From Callorhinchus milii (Eukaryota), in NCBI RefSeq assembly GCF_018977255.1, contig NW_024704742.1, forward strand, positions 96,660,001 to 96,724,000: DNA of 64,000 nt, written 5' to 3'. Below the pieces are notes generated by a model. The model was not told the DNA's origin. It made no database searches and worked only from the letters and a program-made list of their open reading frames with translations. Position 1 is the first letter of the stretch. The number at the start of each line of letters is the position of its first letter. The position numbers were made by a program, and so were the translations under genes. Below, in pieces: positions 51,698-64,000 of this stretch.

Positions 51698-52344
51698 AAT
51701 AGTGGATAAGTAGGGTTGGATGAATATTCTGTAGCTGCAGCTCAGGTTGAGTCCACAATATAGGGTAGGTTTTGAGGGTTCTGTGAAAGGAATGGGTTTC
51801 CTTTTTCTCATCCCATACTTCATGTTCATACAATCAGACACTCAGAAGTTTTTCTCAAAATCAGTGATTCTTGTTGTAAATAAATCAACCATATCAACCT
51901 GTCTACTCTCTCCAGTCAGCCTGCTCCATCAGCGGTCAGGCGTTCAACCTCTCCCCCCACCCTTTGGAACTCCATCCCATATTCCCTTCACCTCTCTCCC
52001 TACCTTACCTCCTTCAAGGTACGTCTCAAGACCCTCCTCTTCGACTGCACTCTCCTCCTGATGCACTGTATCATGCACTTTGATACATTTGATGATACAG
52101 TGCATTTGATGCAGTGAAGTCAGTTGTTATGCCATTGTTTCAAGAAGAGTTGTGAATGTATTGGGTGAAAGTAGTAGGGTTTTATACTGCGTTCAATGCC
52201 ATAATTCTAAAATAAATTGTAATAACGCTTCCTATTTCCATCTCCCTTGTCCCAGCTAAAGCTTCAGGCTAGATGATAAAGTACTTCAAACGGAAGTAAA
52301 AACTATTCTAATTAAAAGAGAACTGCTGCACACCTTAATCAAAT

Positions 52345-52535
52345 AATAGTAATAATAATCCTTGCATTAGATGTAGTGCATTATCACATCTTCAAAATGT
52401 CTCAAAGCGCTTCACAGAATATACCACTGTAAAGTGAATTAATTGTATATTTTGCGGGCAAACACGGCAGCCAATTGCACACAGCAGTGTCCCACAAACA
52501 GTCGTGGATTGAAGTGACCAAATTATTATTATTTA
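52345..52535 (-). mobile_element. SINE A 3' half
   Basis: Tail and Deu part. Confidence 0.88.
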
Positions 52536-52579
52536 TTTAGATCTTAACTTCATACAATTTTCTATGTGTGGTGACTCTT

Positions 52580-52810
52580 TCGAATTGGAGAGCAACAAGG
52601 ATGATTCCCAGTGTTAGTGGGATGAGCTATCATGAACTATTAGACTCATTAGAATTTGTCGATCTTGGAAAGAGACATCTCAGAGAGAACTTTACAAGAT
52701 TATACAAGATTCTAGATGGGATGGAAAACGTAAACTCAGAAAAATACTTTAGATACGTCAGAGCAGAATACAAGGGGGCACCAGTCCAGAATTGTAAAGA
52801 GCAATTTCAG
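52580..52810 (+). mobile_element. Old CR1 ORF2 C-terminal remnant
   Basis: RATRMIP...GMSY.E.L..L....L.KR.LR.....YKIL.G.E.V. Confidence 0.75.
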
Positions 52811-53204
52811 GAAATGAAGAGTAAAGGGAAAAACAAATAAAAATAGAGTTCAGGCAGCTCCAGATAATATGGCTCAGAGTTCCCAGGGGCTTATTTCAAT
52901 ACAATAAACTATATTTAGTCACTTTGTCATTTTACTACACCACCGTAAGAAAGGAAGAAGGTATATTTTGATAGCTCCTTATCAGATCCAAACATCTTAA
53001 ATGGCTTCACAAGTTTGTCTTGTTAAGTGTAGTGTGATTGTTTTTATACTTTTGTTTTCTGCAGATACAAACCTAGTACATTTCTACTTGAGAAGTTCGA
53101 TAAGAGCATGTACTGCTTAAAAAATAACTTTGCTGCATTTTTAAATTTTGTCCATTCGTTGAATTCCCGTTAAGAGGACACATCTGATGTGGTTCAATTG
53201 TGTG

Positions 53205-53515
53205 TAATAATAATAATAATCCTTGCATTTGATATAGCGCTTTTCACGTCGGGAGGACGTCCCAAAGCGCTTCACAGAACACACTGTAAAGTGAATTGAC
53301 TGTGTATTTGTGGGCGAACGCGGCAGCAATGTCCCACAAACAGTCGTAGATTGAGAATGACCAATTTATTATTGTTTTTGGTTTTTGGAGGGATTATTAT
53401 TAGGCTCTGTGTGGAGTAAGGAAACTTGCCCAAGGTTTCGCCCTCTGCCTGGAATTGAACTCAGGTCTCTCACTTGCAAAGCGAGTGCTCTAACCGCTGA
53501 GCTACAGGACTCCAC
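53205..53515 (-). mobile_element. SINE family A, young short subfamily, full-length
   Basis: Near-identical to 1956-2281 apart from a small deletion in the Deu part and small indels. Confidence 0.95.
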
Positions 53516-54324
53516 AAATGTATTCCAGCAATCCAAGGCAATCTTACAGGCAAAATAGGAGGTGGTTTAATCATTAAATATGCAATTTTACTTTCAAAAT
53601 CTAATTTACTATGGTTCATTTGGCAAACAAAAGCAACAATTTATTCTATTTAAAATCGGACGACTTCATTACAGGTAATTTTTCTTAAAAGCAAATGTGT
53701 TCTTCCCAATATGTTATCACCACGTACCATTATGGATCAATGTGGATGAAAGAGAATTAGAGAAAGTCCTACATTTTCTGAAGAGGAATGAATTGCACTA
53801 TATTGGTGACATAGACTACATAAAGTGAGTTACAGAATTAGACAGACTCTGTTTGATCAGTTTGAATTGAAGATATAAATCATTATCCAGCAGACAGTTC
53901 CCATAAGTCTTATTGAATCTGCGTAATGTAATTATCACCCATTCAATCTTTAGACAGAAGAAGAATAACAATCATTTTAACTGTGCTTCTTTGTTTCTTA
54001 ATTTTTTAATGTTAATTATTTTCAACATCTAATCACACCCGAGGTGAGATTCACAAATTCAGCTGAGCCCACCCATCACTCACTTAATGCAATTCAATCC
54101 ATTAACATTTTCACTCTGAAAATTATACTTTAACTTATTTTGGTTCTTATATATCTTATATGTACATTCATGTACACTTAAAGGTCATGGATACCATGGA
54201 AATTTACATGTTAAGAATGAGAAAGTTAAAACCAATGTGACAAAAACATTGCATGATAACCACAGGACAAAATATTACTGATCAGACTTGCAAGTCTTTC
54301 ACAGAATCTTAAAAACAGCAAATC

Positions 54325-54797
54325 ACCCCAATTCTTGGCCGGTTCCACTGACTCCCCATCCCCTAGAGGATCGAGTTTAAGATCCTCGTCCACACTTTTA
54401 AAGCCCTCCATGGTCTTGCATGTCCTTACCTCTGTGACCTATTATCACCATTCCAACCGTCCCGCTTCTTCCACTTGACAGGCGCTGGCTTGCTCCATAT
54501 CCTCCGTCCTTGCCCACCCCATGATCAGCAGTCGAGCCTTCAGCCTTTCTGCCCCCACCCTCTGGAATTCCATCCTGGAATCGACTCATCTTGGCCCCTC
54601 CCTTGCCTCCTTCAAGGCCCATCTCAAAACGTTCCTCTTGCACTGTGCCTTCAGTCATCCATCCACCCCCATACCCCTTGGTCCCCACCACTCTTGATTG
54701 CAACCCCCAGTTCGGGGGCAAATCCTTGATTGTCCAGCACCTTGGAACATCCACCCGATGTGAAAGGTGCTATACACATGTAATTTGTTGTTGTTGC
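54325..54797 (+). mobile_element. L2 3' fragment
   Basis: CACTGACTCCCCATC..GAGGATCGAGTTTAAGATCCTC (LHWLP..RI.FKIL-like) to tail TTGTTGTTG. Confidence 0.85.
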
Positions 54798-55104
54798 CCA
54801 TTTCAAATCAGCTAATTCCACACAGACCAGGAATCAAGTATGGAACCTTCCGACTGAATACTTGCTGAATAAAAATCACTGAAGCCATAAGGGGACCGTA
54901 AAACTAAAGACTAGCTTTGAAAACAATGAATAGCCTAATAAAGCTTCAACTTTGACAAGCACCATTAATCCCCAGTGTGTCAAAACCAGGAAGGGATATA
55001 CACAAGAGGATAAACTCACCCGGGAGTCCTCAGCAGAGAAAGTTTAGAGAACTACCATACAAACCTAATATCACCATCTCGTTTCATTTTATTTTAGTTT
55101 ATTC

Positions 55105-55185
55105 CAGTTCTGCTGAAGGATCAAGCCTGAACTGTTAACTATCTTTATCTTTCAGATGTAGGTCGACCAGCTGTGCAATCTTTTC
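55105..55185 (+). other. Degenerate Penelope-type terminal repeat with hammerhead-like core
   Basis: CTGCTGA-AGGatcaagCCT-GAAC-TGTTAACT...CAGATG...GACCAGCTG resembles the CUGANGA-stemII-GAAA layout with mutations. Confidence 0.4.
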
Positions 55186-55491
55186 TTCTCATCATCATCC
55201 AGTCACTTACAGTCACTTTAACTGGCATTTCCATAGTTACACAATGACAGGACAGAAATGGAATTATAGACAATCCACTCCACAATAAAAACACATCCAT
55301 GCCCACCACATTGGAAGCACCATGGATAATGAATTAAACGTCAGCTTATCACTCTCAGAGCCCTTCACAGAAAAGAATGATGAGTTCACAAGTGGAACTG
55401 GAACAAATACTCAAAATAGAAGTTTCTGAAATGTGGGCATAAATCGGCAAAAAAAATTAAGTTTCATATTAAAATGTAACTACGAAACATA

Positions 55492-55863
55492 GTGGAGTCC
55501 TGTAGCTCAGTGGTTAGAGCACTCGCCTCACAACCGAGAGGACCTGGGTTTGATTCCTGGCAGGGCAAAATGTTGGTGAAGTTTCCTTACTCCACAAGCC
55601 TCTGTTTAACTACCAGTAAGTAGGAACATGGTTGTTAGTTGATTGGCGGATAGCTTTTCCGGAGATAATAATTCCTTCAAAAAAAAATAATGATTTGATC
55701 ACTCAATCCGGGACTGCTTGTAGGACACTGCTGTATGCAATTGGCTGTCACATTGCGCCCACAAAATACACAGTCAATTCACTTTACAGAGTATTCGTTG
55801 AAGCACATTGAGACATCCTGAAGACATGATAAAGTGCTATATCAAATGCAGGGTTATTATTAT
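55492..55863 (+). mobile_element. SINE family A, full-length long subfamily
   Basis: Complete, with CORE-like segment. Confidence 0.93.
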
Positions 55864-56760
55864 ATAGAATTACCAGTACCATTGTTACTGGGGAAACAAC
55901 CACAAGAGACACTGGACAGTTAATGGAACACTCAGTAGAGCAACTAAGCAGATAACCCAAGCCTTTGAACATCAATATTAACAGACAACAAGGAGCCAAC
56001 AATGAACAGCTAAGAACCACAGAACAACCAAGACATCAATGTCAACAGAAACCAGAGTCAACAACAGAACATGGGAACATAAGGGAAGGATTAGACTAAT
56101 CAGACTGCATATTATTAAATCATGGCAAACCTTTTAATCTAATTTCTCTACCTATTTTTGCAATACCCTTTCTTCGCAGGAACTATCTATTTCTCTTTTC
56201 CATGTCGCAATTAATTCTGCATTTACAATACAAAACAACCAGGATTTTAACATCACCAAAAATTGAGTACCCAATATCTGTACTATTCTTACAACTGGTG
56301 CGGTACATAAATATGGTGGTCCTTGGTAGAACTGTATTTTGAACTGTATCCTCCCAGCAAGTATTTGCTACATCTGGGAAGTAATAATCCTTACATTTGA
56401 TATAGCACCTTTCACATCAAGACAATGTCTCAAAGTGCTTCATATGATGTATTGTAATGTGTAGTTACTGTGCATTTTTTGGATGAACACAACAGCCAGG
56501 TTGCATACAGCAATGTCCCACAAACAGCCTGGAAATGACTAACCAATTATATTTGGGGGATTGTTGGCCAGGACAACTAAAGAAACTTCCTTCTCTATAG
56601 GACCATTTTATCTTCAACGTCCACCTTGACAGGCAGACAGGAGCTAGGTTTAACATCTTACCAAAGGATGGAACCTCCCACACTGCAACACACCCCCAGC
56701 ACTACATTGGAGTGTCAGAATAGACTATATGAGTTCCAGATGTTGATGTGGGGCTTGAAC

Positions 56761-57082
56761 ATAATAATAATAATAATCCTTGCATTTGATATAGCGCTTT
56801 TCACATCGGGAGGATGTCCCAAAGCGCTTCACAGAACACACTGTAAAGTGAATTGACTGTATATTTGTGGGCGAACGCGGCAGCCAATTGCGCACAGCAA
56901 TGTCCCACAAACAGTCGTAGATTGAAAATGACCAATTTCTTATTGTTTTTGGTTTTTTTGGAGGGATTATTATTAGGCGTGTGGAGTAAGGAAGCTTGCC
57001 CAAGGTTTCGCCCTGCCTGGAATTGAACTCAGGTCTCTCGCTTGCAAAGCGAGTGCTCTAACCACTGAGCTACAGGACTCCA
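56761..57082 (-). mobile_element. SINE family A, young short subfamily, full-length
   Basis: Near-identical to 1956-2281. Confidence 0.95.
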
Positions 57083-57090
57083 TGCAATCT

Positions 57091-57530
57091 ACAACAACAA
57101 CAACAACAAGATTCCATTTATAAGCGCCTTTCATGTCAGGAGGACGTCCCAAGGCGCTGCACAGTTGGGTCATGACCCGAGCAGGGGGGAAATGGTCAGG
57201 GTGAGGGGAGGGGAGGGAGCGAGAAGGGGGAAGAGAGTCGAGAGGGGAGCTGAAGGTTCGGTCAAAGAGAAAGGTTTTGAGACCGGCCTTGAAGGAGGAG
57301 AGGGAGGAAGCGGCGAAGGCACTGGGGGATAGAGTTCCAGAGCCTCGGGGTTGAGAGGCTGAAGGCCCGACCACCAATGGTAGGGCGGTTGGGGCGGGGG
57401 ACGTGGAGCAGACCGGAGCCGGAGGAACGGAGGGTACGGGCAGGTAGGTAGGGGGATAATAGGTTGGAGAGGTAGGAGGGAGCAAGGCCGTGAATGGCCT
57501 TGTAGGTGAGGATGAGGATCTTGAAATCAA
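57091..57530 (-). mobile_element. Young L2 3' fragment
   Basis: rc GATTTCAAGATCCTCATCCTCACCTACAAGGCC (DFKILILTYKA) through GGGACGTCCTCCTGACATGAAAGGCGC..(TTG)n; CpG-rich. Confidence 0.92.
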
Positions 57531-60500
57531 AATCTACAGGACTCCATGCAAGCTACATGCAATCTTCTTACTCAGAGGTGAGTGCTACCAACTGAGCCAG
57601 GCAGACACAATGGAGAGCTAAGTAGAGTAGCTAAGAGTTAAATGGTTATACAACCATTAGACTTCACCCACTCTCACACTAGGCTGTAGGTGAAATAATT
57701 GTTCTGAGTCAGGTTATGTAGGATGACTCGGAAGAAAAAAAAGGCACAAACTTAAATCCACAATTTATGTTGTTTAAAGGTTACACATCTAAATGATCTG
57801 TTGAAAATGTGTGGTCAAATGGCAAGGAAATCTACACATCCAGATGAGGCATCGTCAGGGTGAAATAGTACAACATTTGAAATATAGATGTTATGTATCC
57901 AAATGAGTCATGGCAAATATTGCACTCACATTGCATTGCACTACATTGCACTCACAAATATCTAAAGACTGGAAAACAGAAGGCTGCAATGCCACGAAGC
58001 ATTATATATAAATGTATGTTACTTATCTAGTTAACTATTAATATTTTTATATCATTTGATTCTCAATATATTATGATACAATGTATTTGATCAAGAGATG
58101 ACAGTGAGTCAATATTAAACACTTCGCTCGTCGCTGTTGAAGATTACAGGAGAACTCACTGCCGACAGTGATGAAATTGAAAAAGCATCACTTTTAGGAT
58201 ACTTTGACAGACATCACCATTGTGTTAATCTTGGCTTTTCCCTTCTATTGAAAAGTACATTTTGAACAAGCAAGGACAGAAATTGAACAGCATACAGGAG
58301 TAAAGCCCATAAAGCAGGAATCCAGCAGCAGATAAAGTAGAAACACATTACTGTATAGATAAAGATTTGAGAACTTTCTAGCAGATGTCACAATGTTTGT
58401 AGGTGGAAGAAATGTGTCCATCCCCTGCCCCAGAATTACATACAAGTTGATTTTTTTGACATACATCAGTAATACTGTGATATATACCTTGACAGGGGAA
58501 ACAGAGATGTATAATACTGTCACATAGCCTGAAGTTGAGCAATGAATTCTTCTATCTACTCTGACAGACTTAAGCAGTGCCACAGCAAAGTTTTTTTTTA
58601 ATATCAACATATTTGACAACCCTCATGTGAATGTCTTATGTGCGTGAATTGTTCAAGAATCTATTGACACATTTCAATAAACCCTCCAATGTTACACTAA
58701 AAACACTCTGCCAAGAATGATAGGATGTGAATCCTTCCCTCTGGGTCCAGGTATGGTGAGTTCACAATTTCAGCCAATTTGCAGGGTAAGTCAGTATTGA
58801 AGGTAAGATTCTTCCCACAGGAAAAGAGGCAGATTCAACAACTCAGTGAATGCATGCCTCTCCACCGCACCGCCTGATGTTCAATGTTTTATCGGCAGAA
58901 GCTAGGAAACAACTCCCTGCCTAGCTGCTATTTACATATTGGAAATTCTCCAGTTATTCTGGACTGGAAATGAACATAAACCAGGTGTTCAAAACAGGCA
59001 TGGAATGCTTCGCTGCTGTTATTAATCCACTGCTGCACAGTATATAGTTGCCTTGGTGGTGTCACTTGCCTTTAGTGAGGTGATATTTTATTGATGAACA
59101 AATGCTGGGTAATGTGACTGGTTTGGCTATTGATTGAGGTTTCAAAAATATTGTATGTGTATAACATGGGACCGTGGCAAAATATATTTTCGTATTGTTA
59201 ACGTGAATTAAAAAGTACATCCAGAGAAAGAAAAAGGAGTGCACTGGTTCTGTTTATTAGGCTGCAGAAAGGTCTTGCTGACAAGCATCCAAAGATTAAA
59301 TGAATTGGGGCTAATAAGAGATGATTTATTTGCTCATTGTAGGTTAAGGCTGCCAGCAACTCTACAATAAGCAATCCATCTAAGATACCTACATATGGCA
59401 AATTGTTACTTCTCCGGAAACCTTTCCAAGGCCATCTTATTACATTCATTTTTCTGAATCATATCTAGTTATAAATAAACACAAAGGGCAGTATACATGT
59501 GACTGATGCACAAAACATACAAAAAATGAATAAGTTAAAATGTTTAATTAGACAATGTCCAGTATAATTGGGCTATAATTTTCAGAAGCTGTCATTGTAC
59601 ATGCAGCATATATTTCTTTCTCTCCTTTCCTTTCTCCCTTCCTGCAGAAATGCTGTGTTGTTACTTAGGGGAGCACACAGTTGTGACAGCGAGTTGACAA
59701 AACCTAAAGGGCATTAGTATTAATCAGCTGGTGCAAGCATTTTATATCATAGTTTATAGGGCAATGCGAAATACAAAGTACGGCTCTAAATTAATTTAGC
59801 TTCCTGCACTGCTGATCTCAAGTGAAACCAAAGTATTGGTTGAAGTTGACAACTGACTGCTGCCGTTAGATCAGTGAAATTAATGTGGGAAAAACTATTT
59901 TCGTATGTCAATTTGCCAACTTAACTCTTTCAATGCCAAGGATCAAAGTGTTGCACTGATTTGGCAGTGTTCGGTGCTGTCACTGGTACATAGAACTGAG
60001 AAATATTCTTTTCTAATGTCTTATTGAGGTAAAAATTCACAAAAACAATTTAAATCTTAGAGATTCAGTATATGACAACCATATTCCAATATCTTAGATG
60101 AGACAAATGGTTTAAGAATCTAAGGGATAATAAAATGCTGGGAACCAAGAGCTAGGCTATGTTAATGGGAGTGGGAAATATGAAGATAGATTGAAAAAAA
60201 ACATGTTTTACCATACGCTTGATATCCTGCCCCCTTTAAACATTAGGATTAAAATAATTTTGCACCAACTGTGAAAACATCAGCAGTTACAGCTAATCAA
60301 GGCCTTGCTAGATTCTAATGTATTACAAATTTCACATTCATCAAAACACACAGAGCAGAGATTTCCAACTGCATTTCTGAGCTGGCATTTCTGGTGCTTA
60401 GCAGTGGGATGCTGCTGAACAGCCATGTATACCATAAGAGTGCCACAGGCAAGAAATTAACATTATAATTTAAAACCATTATTTTTAGGCTAGCAGATGA

Positions 60501-60711
60501 GCAACTAATCCAGTGTCACTTAAGGACACACTTTTTCTAAAATTACAGGGTCTAATGTTACTGTCTGTGTATTGAATTTCCAACAACTTCTCATCATTTT
60601 CCAGATATGTACAAGTCAGAAACAGAAAGTAGCATTGTTAAAGCATTGCCCTAAAGTGATATACCTGATTACTCTCATGATTATCTTTTGTTTCTAAGAT
60701 ATAAAAACATC

Positions 60712-61398
60712 TTAGCTAGTTCACTTGGTTGAGCACCATATTTACAGCTGTTGGAAAGTGATACTTGGAGTCCCGGTTCGTGATAACTACCTTGGTTGGT
60801 ATGGAGCGAGGTAAGCAGCTACTGCTCAAACTTCATGCTTCCAAATGGTGGAACCTTCACTCAATGGCTACGCATGCGTGACAGAATTGTACGCAGGAGA
60901 ATGGTTGCAATGCTCTCACACATTTAATACTGTGCTGTGCAGGAGAATGCTTACATGGAGTTTTTTTACTAGTGCAGGCTCAAACTTGCACTTGTTGGAT
61001 GTCAAATGACCAAGTAGTGGCCATCCTTGGTGGTGGTGAGTGATAAGCTGGCTTCAATGTAACGTGTGACATACTTGGCAATGGAATGTCGGAATCAGGT
61101 CAACCCTCTGTGGTGAAGGTTCCTGAGCACCAGGTAACCCAGGACACTGTGACCAACAAACCAGTCACTGGGGGAATCTGGAAGAGGGGATTCTTCAGAT
61201 CGTGTTAACCCAGTAAGGCAAAGCCCAAAGACGTATAATGGTCCTAGCTGGACAAGCAGACGGTGCTGTCGTTGACAAGCTCTGCAATTTTAATTCAATG
61301 CAAGCTATGCAGTGGAAATCTTAGTCTGGTTTCAATATTTTTAAGCATGGTAATGGGTTTCCATCTATCCCAGACATTCAACTGACCAAAAGAAGAAC
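60712..61398 (+). mobile_element. Family X, copy 5 (5' part, internal deletion, 3' end)
   Basis: GTAAGCAGCTACTGCTCAA, GGATGTCAAATGACCAA, TTGGCAATGGAATGTCGGAAT, CAACCCTCTGTGG, GGTCCTAGCTGGACAAGCAG shared with copies 1 and 2; ends ACTGACCAAAAGAAG. Confidence 0.78.
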
Positions 61399-61702
61399 AT
61401 AATAATAATAATAATAATAACAATCCTTGCATTTGATATAGCGCTTTTCACGTCTTCTAGACATCTCAAAACACTTCACAGAATATACTGTAAAGTGAAT
61501 TGACTGTTTATTTGTGGGCGAAACGCGGCAGCCAATTGCACACAGCAGTGTCCCACAAACAGTCGTGGATTGAAGTGACCAATTTATTATTGTTTTTTTT
61601 TTCTTGAAGGATTATTATTAGCATGCGGAGTAAGGAAACTTGCCCAAGGTTTCGCCCCGGCCGGGAATCGAACCCAGGTCTCTCGCTTGCCAGGCGAGTG
61701 CT
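61399..61702 (-). mobile_element. SINE family A, short form, head slightly truncated, followed by (TA)n
   Basis: Tail, Deu part and B box present. Confidence 0.92.
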
Positions 61703-62494
61703 ACATATATATATATATATATAGGACCAGAAAGCTTTGGGTTTGAATCTTTTGGATTGCTCAAACTTTTGAGATGATAACTGGAGTACCATGTCTAACA
61801 ATATTGGTTATTGGATACAAGTACTGTCTCACTGAGGCTGACCAGGCTCCGAAGAGATATTCCCAAATCTGCAGTAATCCCAGGTATTATTGATGGATTG
61901 ATGATTTACAAGTCTGTCTGGCTCATCAATATGACTTCTATTTTCTCTTTATCCTTTCTATCCTTTATCCTTTAAGCGCTCCGAGACGCCGTCCAGTGTA
62001 AAGTGCTCTATATAAATACAAGTTATTGTGGTTATTCTATGATTTTAGCATGATTTTTTTCTTATTATTTTTGCCAACTCTAACCTTTTGTTGTCAGTTT
62101 AAAAGTTTTAAAAGCTTTTAAAGTCTGCCTTTAAAAGTTTTCTTTTAACTTTCTTCTTTATTCCACCCCTCATGGTGCTACGATTTGTAAAAAAGATAAG
62201 ATTTTCAATCGCCCGATGGCCCATGCTGTGGATGTCAAGTGCGGGTGATATTGGTTCAACTGAGATAAAGTGATACAATATAAATCAGTACAACATCAGA
62301 GCTAACAATACAAACTCTGTATATCTAATTGAGTGACATTGACTTTTCGTTAAATAAATGCTAAACCGTGAAAGCAAGATTATAATAAAGGTATTTACAT
62401 TTTTGCTTTTTTTCACAGGCCTCGGGCAACATTGTCTGGTGAGGATTGTTAGATGGAATTATCAGTGGACATAACCTTCAAACACTTACCCTCT

Positions 62495-62655
62495 CGTGCA
62501 CTGATACATCAGCCCCAGGCCACTTGATGACATCCCAACCTTCCCCGCAAGACAACTTTCAGCTGATTGTAGAAGCCTGAATGATAATGTTCCAGCACAA
62601 CAAGGAGGAGAGACATTGTACCTTCACCAGAGAAGGCAGACAATGTACTGTGACC
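62495..62655 (+). mobile_element. Highly decayed CR1-clade ORF2 remnant
   Basis: GCCCCAGGCCACTTGATGACATCCC (KAPG.D.IP-like), ATAATGTTCCAGCAC (IMFQH), ATTGTACCTTCA (IVPS) in the expected order. Confidence 0.4.
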
Positions 62656-63281
62656 ACCAGACACAATGTTATTACAGAACATTGCACATCACTTTGCTTT
62701 TTCAGTGCATGTGCACAGTATTTAACTTCTACCTCTTAATAAATACTTACTTTTCTGACAGATATGAAGACCTTTTGATTTTGTAGACATAAAATCAAAT
62801 ACAAATATTGTTATATGTGATTATTATTATTAACTTCTCCCTCTACGTTTTCATAGATTGTGGTAGGGGAGATGAACATCTGGACGGTCTTGTTGTTCTT
62901 CTCTCTTTTACCAGAGTTGGTGCTATATAAGAGGCCCTATATTTCTCCTTCTTCCTGGCCAATGATCTGTTAGATTAATTGATTATTCACCTTGTCGCTG
63001 TTTGTGGAACTTTCTGTGCACAAAATGGCTGCTCTGTTTACCTACAAAATACAATACAGTATAAACAGCAATTATCTTTTCAACCTGATAAAGTGCTAAA
63101 TGCGATGTTTGTCATAATTTTTGTTTAAAAAATACTTAATTCATGTTTGGCAATGCATGAACTGTTAGATTACACCTCAGTAAGACTTTGAAAGCATTTT
63201 GGAATGTCAGATCATTCGATTGAATTTATGCAAACACAAATGATTAGGAAACAAGAACACCTCATTATATTATGAAGGACT

Positions 63282-63450
63282 TAATAATAATCCTTACATT
63301 TGGAATAGTGCCTTTCATGCCAGGAGGATTCCTCAAAGCTCTTCACAGAATATATTGTAAAGGGCAGTGATTTCGTGTTTGGTGGACAAATGCAACGGCT
63401 AATTTGCGCAAGCAATGTCCCACAAACATCCATGAAGTGAATACCAATTT
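63282..63450 (-). mobile_element. SINE tail and Deu part, diverged
   Basis: TAATAATCCTTACATTTG...GCAATGTCCCACAAAC. Confidence 0.8.
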
Positions 63451-64000
63451 TAATTGTAATGCATGCTATATGTACACAGTATGGAATAGTGATGAGACTG
63501 AAATGACAGAATATGGCTTTGATAAAATAATATAACATTTCCCAGAATCACTTGAATCAGAGGAGCTATCATGTTACATAAGGTAGAACATTGCATTGCA
63601 GCAAACTTTTGTTCCGCCCACATTATCTTTTTCTACTCTGGCACATTGATGTGTTGCCCTGCGCCTCTCTTTTTTTATTAAAGGCATTTTTTTGTTCTGT
63701 CTAGCAATACATCATGAGTCACTGATGCGCTTTTGATAGTCCTTAGGTGTTTCAGCAACTTTCGAACCTTCTTTTGTAATAATGTTCCGACTACATCAAC
63801 AACCCTGCATTGTAATCATTTTTTCTCCCTGTGCTTAAAAAAAATGCTAAAATAACTTTCCTTCTAAAGTCAGTGTGAAGACTATGTAAGCCAAAAAGTT
63901 GTCTTACAGGAGTTAGGGTAGTAATTGATTTTCTGATCTGGAAGACAGAAAGAATGTGAAAGGATATTTTTTTTCATTCCCCCCAAAATTAAACAAAGGT

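Larger units (their letters stand above)
56383..57608 (-). mobile_element. Older tRNA/Deu-type SINE (56383-56760 + 57558-57608) hosting nested insertions
   Basis: ...GTGGGGCTTGAAC| insert |..AATCTTCTTACTCAGAGGTGAGTGCTACCAACTGAGCC rejoins into a tRNA-like head. Confidence 0.8.

Noticed and set aside
58740..58810. Cluster of donor-like sites (CAG|GTATG, AGG|GTAAGT, AAG|GTAAGA)
   Set aside because: No convincing upstream acceptor or recognisable frame; cannot be supported without RNA data
62489..62577. Minus-strand exon between AG and GTAAG
   Set aside because: The open frame has no recognisable similarity, and the plus strand fits a decayed LINE ORF2
1..64000. Prokaryotic operon, defence system, retron or DGR
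   Set aside because: Very low coding density and vertebrate SINE/LINE content; all RT motifs belong to L2 or CR1

Overview
This is AT-rich vertebrate nuclear DNA, not a microbial locus. The repeat complement is a tRNA-Ala/Deu-type SINE with an L2 tail, plus abundant L2 and CR1 LINE remnants. It points to a cartilaginous fish, probably a holocephalan such as Callorhinchus; this is inferred from repeat families and not confirmed. I found no credible host protein-coding exon, rRNA, true tRNA gene or CRISPR array in 64 kb. Nearly all listed ORFs are chance frames or read through retroelements. The window looks like a gene desert or very large intron, containing: (i) about 20 copies of one SINE family with long and short, old and young subfamilies; (ii) 5'-truncated L2 and CR1 LINEs; (iii) older SINEs and MITEs; (iv) repeat-free blocks rich in homeodomain, TALE and bHLH motifs that resemble conserved non-coding enhancers. 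The most unusual signals are an unidentified ~1.1-kb non-coding, A-tailed, multi-hairpin interspersed element in five copies, possibly with a pre-tRNA-like head; an 85-bp inverted duplication fused to a SINE 5' end; a three-level nested insertion with a 24-bp duplication; and a Pbx-Hox+Meis motif pair. None is proven novel without Dfam/Repbase and cross-species alignment. Coordinates of old repeats are approximate.
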